From: Heteronotia binoei
Taxonomy: Eukaryota
Reading direction: 5' to 3'
Assembly: GCF_032191835.1 (NCBI RefSeq)
Contig: NC_083226.1
Location: 72,230,001 to 72,294,000, forward strand
Length of the DNA: 64,000 nt
Shown: positions 33,336 through 46,523 of the stretch, piece after piece
Layout of the letters: each line of letters opens with the position of its first letter
Position numbering within the stretch: position 1 is the first letter of the stretch
Translations under genes and position numbers: made by a program
The notes under the pieces: generated by a model
Told to the model about the DNA's origin: nothing
Database searches by the model: none
The model's input: only the letters and a program-made list of their open reading frames with translations

Positions 33336-36270
33336 TTTCTTCAGCATACACTTAGGGCTATCTTCACCACAACCACATTAAACTGTTTTTTCTTTTTTTG
33401 CGGGGGAAGCCTCTGGGCCCCATCTAGCAGGTAGATCAGGGGAAGCCAGAAGGATTTACAATTTCAGCAACTCACGATTTTGTTATTGATGATGATGTTT
33501 TTGAACCACAATGACATAAAAGGTTTTGTAGTAAACCACCAACTTAAGCAGTCATCCTACTCCCATGTCGATCCACAGATGTTTACATGAGTATTCTGAT
33601 ACCTATAACTCCAATCTACAAGACCTTCATATAGGAAAAAAAAACAATGTGTGTGAAATTGCCTTCAGAGAATTGCATTACAGGTACTGAGCTGGTGCCT
33701 GACTGTACAACATCTGATAACCCAAACCAGACCACAAAAGTCGTAATGTCCAGATCTTGAAAGTCATAATGATGGTGTAGGATTCTTAAAATGGGTGAGA
33801 AGTTTCAGTGTCTATCAAAATAACTCAAACAACTGAAAAGCTGCTGTCTGATGAGCAGTTGGATCCAAAATCATTGCTGTTCCTTCAGATTTAATGTGCA
33901 TGATCAGACAGCAACATCTGCCTCCCATTCCCCATTGTTGGCACCCTGGTATGACCTGCCTTCAAAGCAGAATTCTTAGGCACTGGGTAAAATCTGGTCT
34001 TTACGGATGTCAGCACTTTCACCCCATGTTCCTGTGAATGTCTGATCTCCCTTGTTGCGAACTCAAAATGGTTGGGAAGTGTGAACCTTCCCATCTATTT
34101 CTGCCCCCCCCCCCCAAAAAAAAAATCAGGCAGGGATGTGCTCATCAGTGCATAATTGCTCCTGGGGCGTCGATCACTGTTGTTTGTTTATTATTTACAG
34201 TTTGCAGACATCCCTCTCTCTGTGTCTCATATGAGAGCTTCTAAAGACTGTGTTTTCCTTAAGAAAACCTCCAAGGAACAGTTTCAAAAACACTTCCCCC
34301 ATGCTGCACTATATATCCCAGCAGCCTCCTCAAGCAATCCAATTGGCCACCAGCCACAGCCATCCTGCCAGGAGTTTGAACCACTGCTTCCCATATGCGC
34401 TTATGCTCAGAAAACAATTAAAAAAAAAAAAAACCTGCCTGACTCCCCACTCTGTGGTTGCCACACAGCAGTAATCTGATCGCTCAACCAGGGAGTGAGC
34501 GTAGGCTGAAGCGGGTTATGGTGGAATGTCTGATTAAAACTCTGGATTAATTAGAGGTAGGGCCAGATTGCACTATGACTGTTGTCTGTCCACAGCCATA
34601 GACTGATGGTTTAAGAATAGTTTGAAAATACCAGTTTAGGTTCTTTTTATTTTTTAAAAAATGGCACACTTTCCTCCTTATAGTGCTTACATGAAAACCT
34701 TAGACGGCAGCTTTTTAAAACTTGATTTCCCCCTAAACTATTCTCCTTACAGTATAATATTAAAATTTTCTACATAGCATTTTAGCCAAGCAATTTCTAG
34801 AAAAGCCTCTGTACTAATCCAGCATGACTGTTCTTGTCTCCCCAAAACAAAACAAGAGGTAGGCATTCTTGGAATACAGGAGAAAGATTTCTTTTAAAGA
34901 AAAAACACAAGTTTCTACAAACTGCCTAAGGATAAGGGCATATTGAAAATAAATCTTCTGAGAATAGTTGACTCGTGGTTTAAGTACTATAATACCTCAA
35001 AGCAAGGAATGCCTGTTCTGAATGCACCCGTAGCCGCACAATCCAATCTGTGCTTCTTGGAGTCTTTCTGCACGCACTCACTTGAAGTGTGTCAAGAGAG
35101 CAGATTCACTGGTCCACATGCTTACTGCAAGCAGGTAACAACAAAGAGGACTTTGAAGGGATTCATGGTCCAGATCCTGTCCGGCCAGATCTCTGGCAGA
35201 TCTGCAGCCAGATCTAGGGCTAGAACACAAAATATATCACATTTTTCCCTCTGGTAACTCATTTGCTGCTGAACTGAGCAATTTATTGAGCAATTTATCT
35301 TTTAACCACTGCAAAATAGGTAGCAACTGCAATACTAAGACACTCTCTAGCTATGAAGCATTAGTGCCATAAATTCCTGAGTGAAATGTTATTAAAAAAT
35401 TTCCAGCTCCATAAATGCTGCTATTAATCACTCTCAAATTAACCTTATGCAAGTTAAATTATTATGAGTTCCTGGGCAAATTAAATTGCTATTAGTTCCA
35501 GACTCTTTCTCCTTGACACTGTGTTTAGAGGAGGGGGATAAAGATGGACCTGCTGGTTTCAGTTTACAAAACAGCTATCAACTCTCGTAACAAAAAAAGA
35601 ACAAAATTGGAAGTTGAAATACCTTTTTTAAAAAACAACAACCTGGTTAGATTAAAAAAGCCACTCTACGGGAGAGCATCAATGTAACTCTAGCTATATA
35701 TTACAAATAAGACGGCATTGCTCCAGAACGTGATTGCTGGCTTGTGAAGCAAGCCCTGTAGCCATCCCTCTAACAGCAATTTGTTCTGCAGCACTTGTCA
35801 TGTCATGAAACGCTTCACCAGCTGCTTTCTACAGATCAGGTCTTTGTTAAAGGCATAGGGACTAGCCCCCTTTTCTTCCCTGGTCTGTTGGAAACCTTAG
35901 TCAGAATCAAATCTGTATTTCATCACGGATAGCCAAGACATTCAAGGTAAGAAGTGAGGTCACAGAATTTTTACCCATATTCCACTAGAGAGCAGTATTC
36001 TTTTGTACAAAGCAGGTAGGTGATGCTCTGCAGAGATACCTATGAGGGATTTTTTGTTGTTGCAAAAGCAGAATAACTTCTGAAGCAATTTAAAATTATA
36101 GCTCTTCAAAAAAAGAAGAATCTGTATGCGCCAAAGAACCCCACAGTAACAATATTCAGGTATCTAACCAAGTCTGTGTCCCTCCCATCTTTTTTCATCA
36201 TAGAAAAAAAAATAAAACAAACTTTTCAAATTAATAAGTTTTTTTTAATGACTTTCTTTCTTTTAGTTGA

Positions 36271-36960
36271 TTCAAGTGGGCAGCCGTGTTGGTCTGAAGC
36301 AGTTGAACAAAGCAGGAGTCAAGCACACCTTTAAGACTAACCAAGTTTTATTCAGAAAGTAAGCTTTCGTGTGCTCTCTAAGCGCATTTCATCAGATGAG
36401 GGGATCAGGTATTGTGGGCTGAAATACATGCAGTTTGTTGATTAAGAAGGCAAACTGGCTGTGATCACATGGTGAAACAGTGGGGCTTGGCTATTTGGTC
36501 TGGATAGCCACAAAAGGTAATAAAGTTTCCTGCCACTTGGTGTTTCTGCAAATCTAGGTAAATCACAAAAGGACATGTATTTCCTAGTTGTAGTCCACCT
36601 AATTTACTTATCAACATCAATCTATACATTATAAACATCATTCTAATCTACCATTAGAAAACAAGAATAGGGTTTACCATAGAGTTTGCCCTATGTAGAG
36701 AACTGAAGGACAAACCCTACACCAAAGAATAAATGGACACAAATCTGACATTAGGAATTACAGAACTGAGAAATTTGTGGGAGAACACTTTAACCTTCCA
36801 AAGCATTCAATGGGTGACCTCAAGGTAGCTGTTTTACTGCAAAGGAACTTCAAGAACAGAATGGAGATAGAAACTGCTGAATTACAAATTATTATGAAAC
36901 TTGGAACAAACACTCCCTAGGACTGAATAGGATATTGGTTTTTTTATCTCATTACATGTG
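36271..36960 (+). mobile_element. Penelope-like element remnant (inverted pLTR + GIY-YIG C-terminus)
   Basis: pLTR resembles 33142. Translated tail LKVAVLLQRNFKNRMEIETAELQIIMKLGT...GLNRDIGFLSHY resembles PLE endonuclease ends. Confidence 0.72.
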
Positions 36961-37399
36961 CTATACTCACTCTCAATGATTATAGCTATACATCCACAGT
37001 ATTCCAATGTATTTTTCTTTTATAATAGTGTCTCAAAATAATGTTTTATATTGACATACTCAAATAAGGGATATTGGCTATTTATCTCATTACATATACT
37101 TAACCCATTTTCATTTTATGTATTCTTATTTTATAATGGCAGACTAGAATGAGGGGTACAAAGCAGCTTTCATCCTGAATTCCTTGTCATACTGAATCCA
37201 GGCCAGGCCGCTAAACATCGTGTACCCTTTGTATGTACCCCTCCCTTCCTTGGGACCGTATACATCAACAATTGTGGTTGCAGGTGATGTCACCGGCGTG
37301 TCCCAATTTGTGGGACCGCTCTGACAGCGGTCACCTGGTTGCTAAGAGTTCCACTTCTCCTTTTGCTTCGTCATCATCTTCCCGCAGTTCTGCCGGGCA

Positions 37400-39120
37400 G
37401 GCAGTTCAACCCCGCTTGCTTTGTTGGGTGTTTGGATCACAGGGGGTGTGCAATCGGAAAGGTTGCAATTTCAAACATGAATGCCCTATGCCAGTCTACA
37501 CTCCTTTAGCAACTGTCCAAGAGTTTGGCCGCGTAAGGACCAAAAGAGACAGGGCGGGAGTGGGGGTTCTTCTCAAGCTGGAAAAGGCCCCCAGCCCAAT
37601 AAAGGTGGGACCTCTTGAGTGGTTGCTTCATAGGTACCCATGCAGGGCTGATAGTTTATATTTGTTGAAAGGTTTTACATTGGGTTTTAGGATTCCTTTT
37701 CAGGGTTCTTGGGTGCCAACTTGGTCTCGGAACCTTAGTTCGGTTAAAGGTTTAGAACATGTAGTGGAGGCTAAGATCGCCAAGGAGCTGGTGGAGGGCA
37801 GGATTTTGGGCCCATTTTCTAGTCCCCCAGTGGTTAACCTTAGGGTTTCCCCTTTAGGGGTGGTACCAAAGAAGGTGCCTGGTGAATTTCATTTGATTCA
37901 CCACCTTTAATGATGGGATTCCTGAGGAACTATGCTCAGTTAAGTATACTACCTTCGATCAGGCTGTGGGCATTGTTCGACGCTGTGGTCAGGGGGCTGA
38001 GTTGGCAAAATGCGATATCAAATCTGCATTTCGCCTTCTCCCTGTCCATCCGGATGATTTTGAGCTTTTAGGTTTCTCCTTTGCAGGGAAATTTTACATG
38101 GACAGGGCTTTGCCTATGGGCTGCTCTGTATCATGTGTGGCTTTGGAGTGTTTCAACACATTCCTGGAACGGGCTGTATGTGAAAAAGTGGGCTTACAGG
38201 ATGTGGTTCATTATTTGGACGACTTTCTGTTTGTGGGTCCTTTTGGTACTGGGCGTTGCGTTCAGTTGTTGTCCGGCTTAATTGAGCTGGCCGCTGAGTT
38301 GGGCGTGCCACTGTCCGAGGAGAAAACTGAGGGCCCAGCCCAATGCCTTGTATTTTTAGGAATTGAGTTGGACACCCTGGCGCAATTGTCCAGAATACCT
38401 TTTCAGAAGCTTGAGGACTTAAGGAATAGGGTCAGTTCTTTCCTCCTTAAGAGAAAGGTTATGCTGATTGAACTTCAGCAGTTAGTTGGGCATCTTAACT
38501 TTGCTTGCAAAGTGGTTGCCCCTGGTAGGGCCTTTCTTCATAGGTTCTGTGATGCTATGGCGGGTCTTCGCTTGCCTCAGCACAGGACTAGGGTTACCAG
38601 CGGCATGAGGGAAGACCTGCAGTTGTGGCAGGAGTTTTTGAAATCCTTTAATGGGATTTCATTTTGGAGAGAAGACATGAGGCTTGAAGAGAGCTTCAGG
38701 TTATGTCTGATGCTGCTGGGTCATTGGGCTTTGGGGTTTTCTTCCATGGACATTGGTGCACGAAAAGTTGGCCGGATTCATGGGTGCAGGCTGGGTTGAG
38801 TCCGGATCTCACTTTTCAAGAGTTTTTTCCCATTTAGGTTGCAGTTTGGCTGTGGGGGAGTCATATTGCTGATCGCACAGTACATTTTTGGTGTGATAAC
38901 ATGGCTGTGGTTCATGTCATTAACTCCCTTTCATCGCAATGGGTTATGAAGTTGGTGAGGGCCTTCACTCTGCGTTGTCTGCAGCTTAATATTTTGTTTT
39001 TGGCCAAACAAGTTCCTGGGGTGAATAACGGGGTGGCTGACGCTCTCTCTCGTAAACAGATGAAGAGGTTTTGTCTGCTGGCCCCATAGGCCAATCAAGA
39101 GGCGGAGCCAATGCCTCAAG
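37400..39120 (+). pseudogene. Ngaro gag tail + RT/RNase H
   Basis: CWVFGSQGVCNRKGCNFKHEC; VSPLGVVPKK, KCDIKSAFRLLPVHP, LPMGCS, HYLDDFL; CDNMAVVHVIN, GVNNGVADALSR. Has stops and frameshifts. Confidence 0.9.
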
Positions 39121-39124
39121 AGCT

Positions 39125-40043
39125 ATGACTGATTGAAGAGCCGAGGCCTGCAGAGCAATAGGCCTTGCCATCACTTCTAGCACCAGGAAGTCTTACGAAC
39201 ATGCTGTATGGCAGTTTGAAGACTTTAGGGTCGAGGTAGGGTATCGCATTGTTTGGCCCCTCCCAGTGGAGCAGTTGCTCCATTATTGTGTTTCCTTAAA
39301 AGGTAAGGGATTGGCCGTGTGATCTATTAGAGGATGCCTATCTGTGCTGGCTTTTGCCAGTAAGGGGTTAGGGTATAAAGAAGAAACAGCAGACTTTTGC
39401 CTTCGAAAGATGCTGGAAGGGTGGTCCAGGGAGGTCGGGCCTAACCCTGACACCAGGAACCCTATGTCCCCTGTGATTCTTAGGGGTTTGAAGGGGGTTT
39501 GGAGTGCAGTTTGTGCATCTCACTTTGAAGCTGTTTTATTTCATGCCATCTCTTTAGTGGCCTTTTTTGGGGCACTTAGGATCAGTGAGTTAGTGGCAAG
39601 CTACAGAAATGATGTTTCTGGTAGGGCCTTGTTACTTAGGGATGTTAGGTTAACGGAGGGTAAGGCTGTTCTTACCATTCGGTGCTCCAAGACGGACCAG
39701 CGGGGCATTGGGACCGTAGTAGAGCTTGGTCCGTGTTCAGAGGCGGAGCTTTGCCCAGTTTCCGCATTGGCTGATTATTTGGCAGTGCGGGGAGGCTGTG
39801 AAGGGTTGTTTTTTTTATCATTCTGGAGGGAGCCCGCTGACAAAACATCAGTTTTGGGCAGTGACGTCTAGGGTCTTAGCTCTGCTGGGGTTGTCTGGAG
39901 TGAGGTTTCGTATCCACTCTTTTAGAATTGGGGCGGCCTCTACGGCTGCGGCCTTGGGATATTCTGCTTCGTCCATTCAGCGCCTTGGCCATTGGTGGTC
40001 TCGGGCTTATAGGTGTTATATTCGCCCTTTACTCCACTCCTAG
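39125..40043 (+). pseudogene. Tyrosine recombinase
   Basis: AFFGALRISEL, SKTDQ, LCPV, HSFRIGAAS, RLGHWWSRAYRCYIR (R-H-R-Y catalytic set). Confidence 0.9.
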
Positions 40044-40109
40044 CTTTGTTTCTGGAGCTGGGGTAGTTATGGTTATATTATAACTTGTCTGTTTCTCTAT
40101 TTAGGTACT

Positions 40110-40660
40110 GTTGTTCCTGGCCAGAAAAGCCGAGTTCTCATCTGCGGGCACAGTTATGTGTTTTGGGTGGCACATCAGGCTTGGAGAACTGCTGTTGGCT
40201 CTCAGCTGAGACTCAGCCAATTTGTTACTGTTGAATGGCGGGGGCGCCGAGCTCTTCAGTGGCCTGGTTTGCTTCCGCTGTTATTTCATGGGAGTGTGGT
40301 TCCTCCTCCTCAGGTTTTAATTATTCACCTGGGGGGAATGATCTCGGGCTGGTTAAGGGCAAGGTTTTGATCTTGCAGGCTCAGGATGATTTCAAGTACA
40401 TATGGAAGAGATGGCCTGGCACCATCATAGTTTGGTTGGCCATGATTCCATGCTTGGTATGGCGCAGTGCTTGGAATCTGGCAGGGATAGAGAGGGCTCG
40501 TTACAGAGCAAATAAGGAGATCCGCAAGATATTGGAGGGTGGTTTGGGCCACTATTTGCCTCATCCGGATATTTCTATGGAATATCCTGACCTCTACAGA
40601 GGGGATGGGGTGCATCTCTCGGAAAAGGGTAATATGCTTTTCCTGAGGGAGCTTCGGTAA
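40110..40660 (+). pseudogene. SGNH hydrolase ORF of the Ngaro element
   Basis: ICGHSYVFW, IHLGG(N)DLG, DGVHLS; frameshifted. Confidence 0.82.
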
Positions 40661-40728
40661 GGGCTGGGGTTGGCTTTGGGCCTTCTGGTGGGTGCTAAGC
40701 CCTAAGTAAAGACTTGGCCTTAAGTTGT

Positions 40729-41150
40729 GGCAGGTTTTTACAGGGTTTATGGTTACATGGAGCCTGGGGAGGACCGATAAGCCTCCCCCTTTTGGGGAGT
40801 TAGGGGTCTGGCAGGATCAATCTTTGGGTTGTGGTGACTCGAGGTGTGAGAATGAAGGCTGTCCTAGAGACTCGATTGGAGGGTGCCTTTCTCTGAGACA
40901 CGCGTCTGGTGACTGGGGCCCTCTGGTGCGTGCCTCCCTGCTGGGCCTGCCTGACGGGAGCTGTGACACACAGCTCCGGCTGGGGGACCGGGTCTCTCAC
41001 CTGCTAAAAACAGGGCAGAGGTCTTTGAGACCCCTGGCCCTGGTCTGGCTGCAATTCTGGTTGCCCTTGCCATTTTCTGTTAATTAATAAAGTGGTCCAT
41101 AGTTTTACCAACTCATTGCATCCGCCTCTTTATTCCAACTTGGGGGGCAA
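40729..41150 (+). repeat. Ngaro split direct repeat B1
   Basis: Direct repeat of 41521-41910 (GGCAGGTTTTTAC...GGGGGGCAA). Confidence 0.88.
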
Positions 41151-41520
41151 TAGAATCTTTGGCAGCCAGCCGCATCATGACTTGGTTGTTGGGGGACGTT
41201 TGCCACCCTGAGGCAGAGAGTAGACTTTTCCCGGCCCTGTTTGGGCACGTTCTGATGGGGGCGGGGCTTGAGTGGTTAACCATCAAGCCTCTGCCCCCTC
41301 TCCTCAGTACCTCTGAGACTGCTCGGCCCTCCCGCCCTCCCTGTTTGTTATGTAGGCTTTTGCTGGTCGCCTCATTTATTGAGGGGCCGGGTAGGAATTT
41401 TTTACTCTTCAGCTGTTTGGCTTATGTCTGGAGAGTGTTTTTTGCCTACCCTGCATAGCATATCAGTGGATTGTGGAATTGGCTTCGGGATGGTGCCTTC
41501 ATAGGTTGGTCACTTTTGAG

Positions 41521-41910
41521 GGCAGGTTTTTACTGAGTTTATGGTTACATGTGGCCTGGGGAGGACCAGTAAGCCTCCCCCTTTTGGGGAGTTAGGGGCC
41601 TGGCAGGATCAACCTTCGGGTTGTGGTGACTCGAGGTGTGAGAATGCAGACTGCCCTGGAGACTCGATTGGAGGGTGCCTTTTGCTGAGATGCGCGTCTG
41701 GTGACTGGGGCCCTCTGGTGCATGCCTTCCTGCTGGGCCTGCCTGACAGGGGCTGGGTCTCTTGCCTGCTAAAGGCAGGGGAGCGGTCTGTGAGACCCCT
41801 GGCCTGGCTGCAATTCTGGTTGCCCTTGCCATTTTCTGTTAATTAATAAAGTGGCTCATAGTTTTAGCAATTCATTGCGTCTGCCTCTTTATTCCGACTC
41901 GGGGGGCAAA
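41521..41910 (+). repeat. Ngaro split direct repeat B2
   Basis: Copy of B1 lacking a ~30-bp segment. The intervening 41151-41520 is inferred to be A2. Confidence 0.88.
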
Positions 41911-42869
41911 ACCTCCTGGTGTATTTTGAGTTGCCAACCTTGTTCTGGAAAAAAAGGAAAAAACTGTATGACAAGCAGAGATGAAGCAGCTGAAGCTTTT
42001 CCTGAGGGTTGGTAACACAAAAAACAAGGAAGTTTTTCCTGAGAAATTTTTGTATGCCATGTACATGTAAAATTTTAGTGTCCATAAATCTAGCCTAAGC
42101 AAAGATATCATATATTTTGTAAATTGTATAATTACTGGAGAATTTTGTAGAAATGGGGAATTAAGGTGGAAACAGAAAGGTATCAAAACAACTTTGGTGT
42201 CAGTAAAAATTGTAGGAATACTACCAAATTTCATCCTTACATATTTAATTCAAAAATTCTTGTTTCAATCTCCACTCCCCCTTATGCAAATTTAACCTAC
42301 AAATCTTTCTTTTCTTACTATTTTCTGCTTTTCATGTAAATTTTTCTCCATCTTTCTATATTTATGCAATTATAATTTTATTTTGTATTAATTACTTTTA
42401 AAGTGAAGGTGCAGTGTACAGAAGACTGGCTTTGAGGAAATCTTTCAGAAGATGTCTGCCACTTTTCCTGAACTCTGATCATGACTATACATTTTAAAGG
42501 AATTTCTATAAGTGCTGAATGAAAAGTAGCAGTTTGGGGAGGTGCCCACTGGAGAAACCCGTGGACCATTTTATATCAGGAAAATGGGATAAGCGGAGGA
42601 TGAAACACCTTTTTCATGTGATGGTACTCACTGGTACTGCTGAGTACTAGGAGCAGCCTACCCAAATCAGCCTGAGAAAGGGAAGGTGGACTGTCAGGAA
42701 CAGTGTAATGGGGATTGGCAGAGGTAAAGTAGAATTTGTGGAAATCTGTGAAACCTTATATATGTTTCCCCCAGGGTACTCAGTGATACATCAGAATACG
42801 TTTGGCAGGTAGGGAGACATGTCAGATCCAGCCCTCATAACAAATGAGCTTGATACACCTGAACTGTAG

Positions 42870-43160
42870 ATGTTAAAGAGCATAGTGGACAAGATAGAAC
42901 CTTATAGGACCCCACAGGCCAAAGGTCAGGGGTCTGAGTAACACTCCTCCAGCTCTGCCTTCTGAAACCAACTCTCCAAATAGGACCAGAACCATTGCAG
43001 AACAGTGCCTCCCAATCCCATCCAGAAGGATACCATGATCGATGATACTGAAAGCCACTGAGAGGCCCTGGAGAATCAACAAAGTTGTACTCCCTCTGTC
43101 CATTTGTTGGTGCAGTTCATCCACTGTCTGCGTCAGTCTCATAACTGGGTCTAAATGCAA
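42870..43160 (-). mobile_element. L2 RT fragment
   Basis: LSVAFSIIDHGILL, degraded GVPQGS-like stretch. Confidence 0.6.
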
Positions 43161-44399
43161 ATTGAAAGGGATCTAAACTATTGTTTTTTGTAAAATAAGG
43201 GGCTTATGGAAAGCGGGCATTTGTTGAAGCTGAACTGATCCACTGACTCACATTCAGTAATGTGACTGTGCTACATGTCATTGTGCTTTGTTTTTATAAC
43301 TGTTTATCAGTATTTGTATATTGGGTTGGTCTCAGTAATATGTTTGGATTTCATGTGCATCCTTTATGAGTCAGAAATTATTTTCTTTCATATGATATGA
43401 TGTGCTGTTAAAATTAGTGATCAGTGAATGCTCCTGCATTTTTATGAGCATCCCTATTAAATACTAGGAAGAAAGCTTGATAGGCATTCGTGAGCATGTA
43501 AGGGAATACTTGCGAAGTAAACAACCATGCATGCACATACAGATAACTGTTCCCTCACTGCCACTTGCTGTTGTTCCTCACCAAACAAACCTGTTTAACA
43601 GGTCTGGTCTTTAATCAAAGGAAGTTCTTAAAAACAAACCAAGGACTGCTCTCCCAGCCCCTCCGCCTAACTTTCCAGTAAACTGCTCAATACAACTTTA
43701 CATCCTGTTAAGGTTAATAGGAACTATAGTTCTCTCATCTTCCTATTCCGAATTAAATTGGAAGGCCAAGAAAACAATTATTTCTATCCATACCAGAAAT
43801 CCACTAAATTCTAATTGCATGCCATCAGCATTACTGGCCAGCTGCCTATGTGGTGATGAATACACACTCAAAATACTGATCATTTTTAAATTGCAAGAAG
43901 AAACAGGTGCTACACATAAGTCTGATGTTTAGCTTTCACGTGTAATCACAGCATAACTGATGGAAATGCCTGGAGTGGCCATACACAGCAAAACTGGAAA
44001 AGGAATCTCGCAGGGCTTCCTGGGGGAATGTGGTGGAATGGAGTTCCAGAATCTCTTCAGCAAACAACATTCTCAAAGAATATTTAAAAGTTCATGAGGG
44101 GCTCTCCTGTGTGTTTCACCTTCATTTCCCTCTTGAGAGTTCTGGCACCTCATTTTCCAGAAAAAAAGCCCTGGAACCCAGCCTAACATCATCACATATA
44201 TTGTGAATTAATCAACTGAAAATGCAGAGCAGAACCTGAATCTAGCCAGTATGATACGATCCTATGAGGATTTACATGCTTTGAAGAATTACAGTCCATT
44301 TCTGAGCACATACAGTAATTACAGCAGATTGACAATTTTGCATAATTCTAAAACATGTTCTATCATATCAGTTGGCCTATTAGCTGCAAGAGACACCAT

Positions 44400-45085
44400 C
44401 ACATTTTTATTTTTTATTTATTTATTTAATTTATATCCCACCCTCCCCACCAAGGCAGGCTCAGGGTGGCTAACAATATGAGGATCAGCAATAGCATGCC
44501 CAACCATTTAACAGTAAATATAAACAGTATTAAATATAAAAACGTTAAAACATTTAAAACATCTGGTCTGAACAACAAGATATCAGTGTTGGTAATCAGA
44601 CTGGTCGATTTTTAAACTTCTGGAGGTCCCAGACAAGCCACTGGTGGTGTTTCTGGGTCCAATCCATCGCTGTAGATGTCATTATGAAAAAGTGTGGTAG
44701 AAGAGTGCCGTTTTGCAGGCCCTGCAGAACTGTGTGAGCTCTCGCAGGGCCCTCACCTCCTCTGCAACTCATTGCACCAGCTAGGAGCAGTGATGGAAAA
44801 GGCCCTGGCTCTTTTTGATGCAAGCCTAGCTTCTTTGATGCTGGGGACCATCAACCAGTTTTGGATTCCAGACCAAAGTGCTCACTGGGGCATATATGGG
44901 GAAAGGTGGTCCCTAAGGTATGCAGGACCCTGGCCATATAGGGCTTTAAAGGTGATAACCAGCACCTTGAAGCAAATCCGGTACACTATCGGTAGCCAGT
45001 GCAGTGCTTTCAGCACAGGCTGAATGTGCTCCTGTAAAGGAACTCCCATTAACAGCCTGGCTGCAGAATTCTCTTCCAATAAAAC
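44400..45085 (-). mobile_element. L2 3' fragment
   Basis: EHIQPVLKALHWLPIVYRICFKVLVITFKALYGQGPAYLRDHL; (TAAA)-type tail at ~44405-44435. Confidence 0.82.
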
Positions 45086-45798
45086 AAACCTGAAAGATTT
45101 GAGGGAAGTTGCAATGTTTGCAATATTGTCCTGGATGTCATAGCTAAACTTAATTATTACTAGGGATGGGCACGAACTGGCTCACAAACTGAAGTTCATC
45201 ATGAATGTTGGCTGGTTCATAGTTTGTGAAGTGATATCCATGGTGGGGCAACCAGCACAAACATTCCACAATCTTGCATAGTGTTCATGGTGGTTTGTAA
45301 TGGATACATTTCCAGGCAGACTATCTCCGCTCAAGTAAATTGTTTACAAAACTTCAAAGCAATAGGAGGGGATTTCCAAGCCTTGGAAACACCAATAGGA
45401 GCCCTCAAAAGCTTAACAGGTACTGCTGGCTGCCAGTAACAGAGCTTGGAATCAGAATGCTATATATCAGCTCAGCTCTGCAATCTCTCCTCTGTTGGCT
45501 GTTGACAGTTAGACAGAGAGGCAGGGAACTTGTCAAAAGCAAAGCACATTCATTTATTCCTGATTGTGAACACCTCTTCCATGCTAGTGTTTGAATGTTA
45601 GGTGGACTCAGGGCTCTGAGCCATCTTGTCTCTCTGCTCACACTGAGTAGAAGGCTTTACTGGGTACCTTGGCTGAGGACCCATATTTTATATCAAGTTG
45701 ATTTTGAATTCCTTTTCCCTGCTGGGGTTTGGGTGTTAATGTCAAACAATGCCAGGACCACGGAGTTAACTATCAGGAAATGACAGAAAAAATACTCT

Positions 45799-46523
45799 CC
45801 GTGTTACAAAACAATATCAAAATACAAAACAATATCAAAATATAATTACAATACTTTTCATTCACAACATAGTATTACAATGTAAATTTCAGTAACAAAT
45901 TCAGTGACAAATACCGTCCAAAGCACACAGCTTCACTACTGTCCATAAGATGATATCAGGTTCTTTCCAAAATATACAGTCCGACGGTGCAAAACTGGTC
46001 CGTTCTCGTTTCGGATCCTTATGATCCTTCCTCTGGGACCGTCTTATAAATTTTGAATGCAGTAGTCTGATGGTGCCTTATTTCTTTATTATACACTGTT
46101 TTCCAGACTTTCTCTAATTTATTTCATTACTAGAACACTACTGTTCTTTCTCCATCTTTCAGCATTTCATTGCGTTTCCAAAAGATGCTGAAAGATGGAG
46201 AAAGAACAATAGCGTTCTAGTAATGAAATCAATTAGAAAAAGCCTGGAAAACAGTGTATAGTAAAGAAATAAGGCACCATCAGACTACTGCATTCAAAAT
46301 TAATAAGATGGTCCCAGAGGAAGGATCCGAAACAAGAATGGACCAGTTTTGCATCGTCAACTGTATTGTTTGGAAAGAACCTGATATCATCTTATGGACA
46401 GTAGTGAAGTTGTGTGCTTTGGATGGTATTTGTCACTTAATTTGTTACTGAAATTTACATTGTAATACTGTGTTGTGAATGGAAAATATTGTAATTATAT
46501 TTTGATATTGTTTTGTAACACGG
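45799..46523. repeat. ~725-bp imperfect palindrome (probable inverted Penelope pLTR pair)
   Basis: Arms 45799-46165 and ~46183-46523 are reverse complements; loop ~18 nt. Confidence 0.9.

Larger units (their letters stand above)
37200..41910 (+). mobile_element. Ngaro-type (DIRS order) tyrosine-recombinase retrotransposon, 5'-truncated
   Basis: gag CCCH tail, RT, RNase H, YR and SGNH ORF, followed by split direct repeats B1-A2-B2. No A1 repeat at the 5' end. Confidence 0.9.

Noticed and set aside
37233-40660. RT + tyrosine recombinase + hydrolase as a prokaryotic retron or phage-like defence system
   Set aside because: The context is vertebrate, and the split direct repeats and gene order match known Ngaro retrotransposons.
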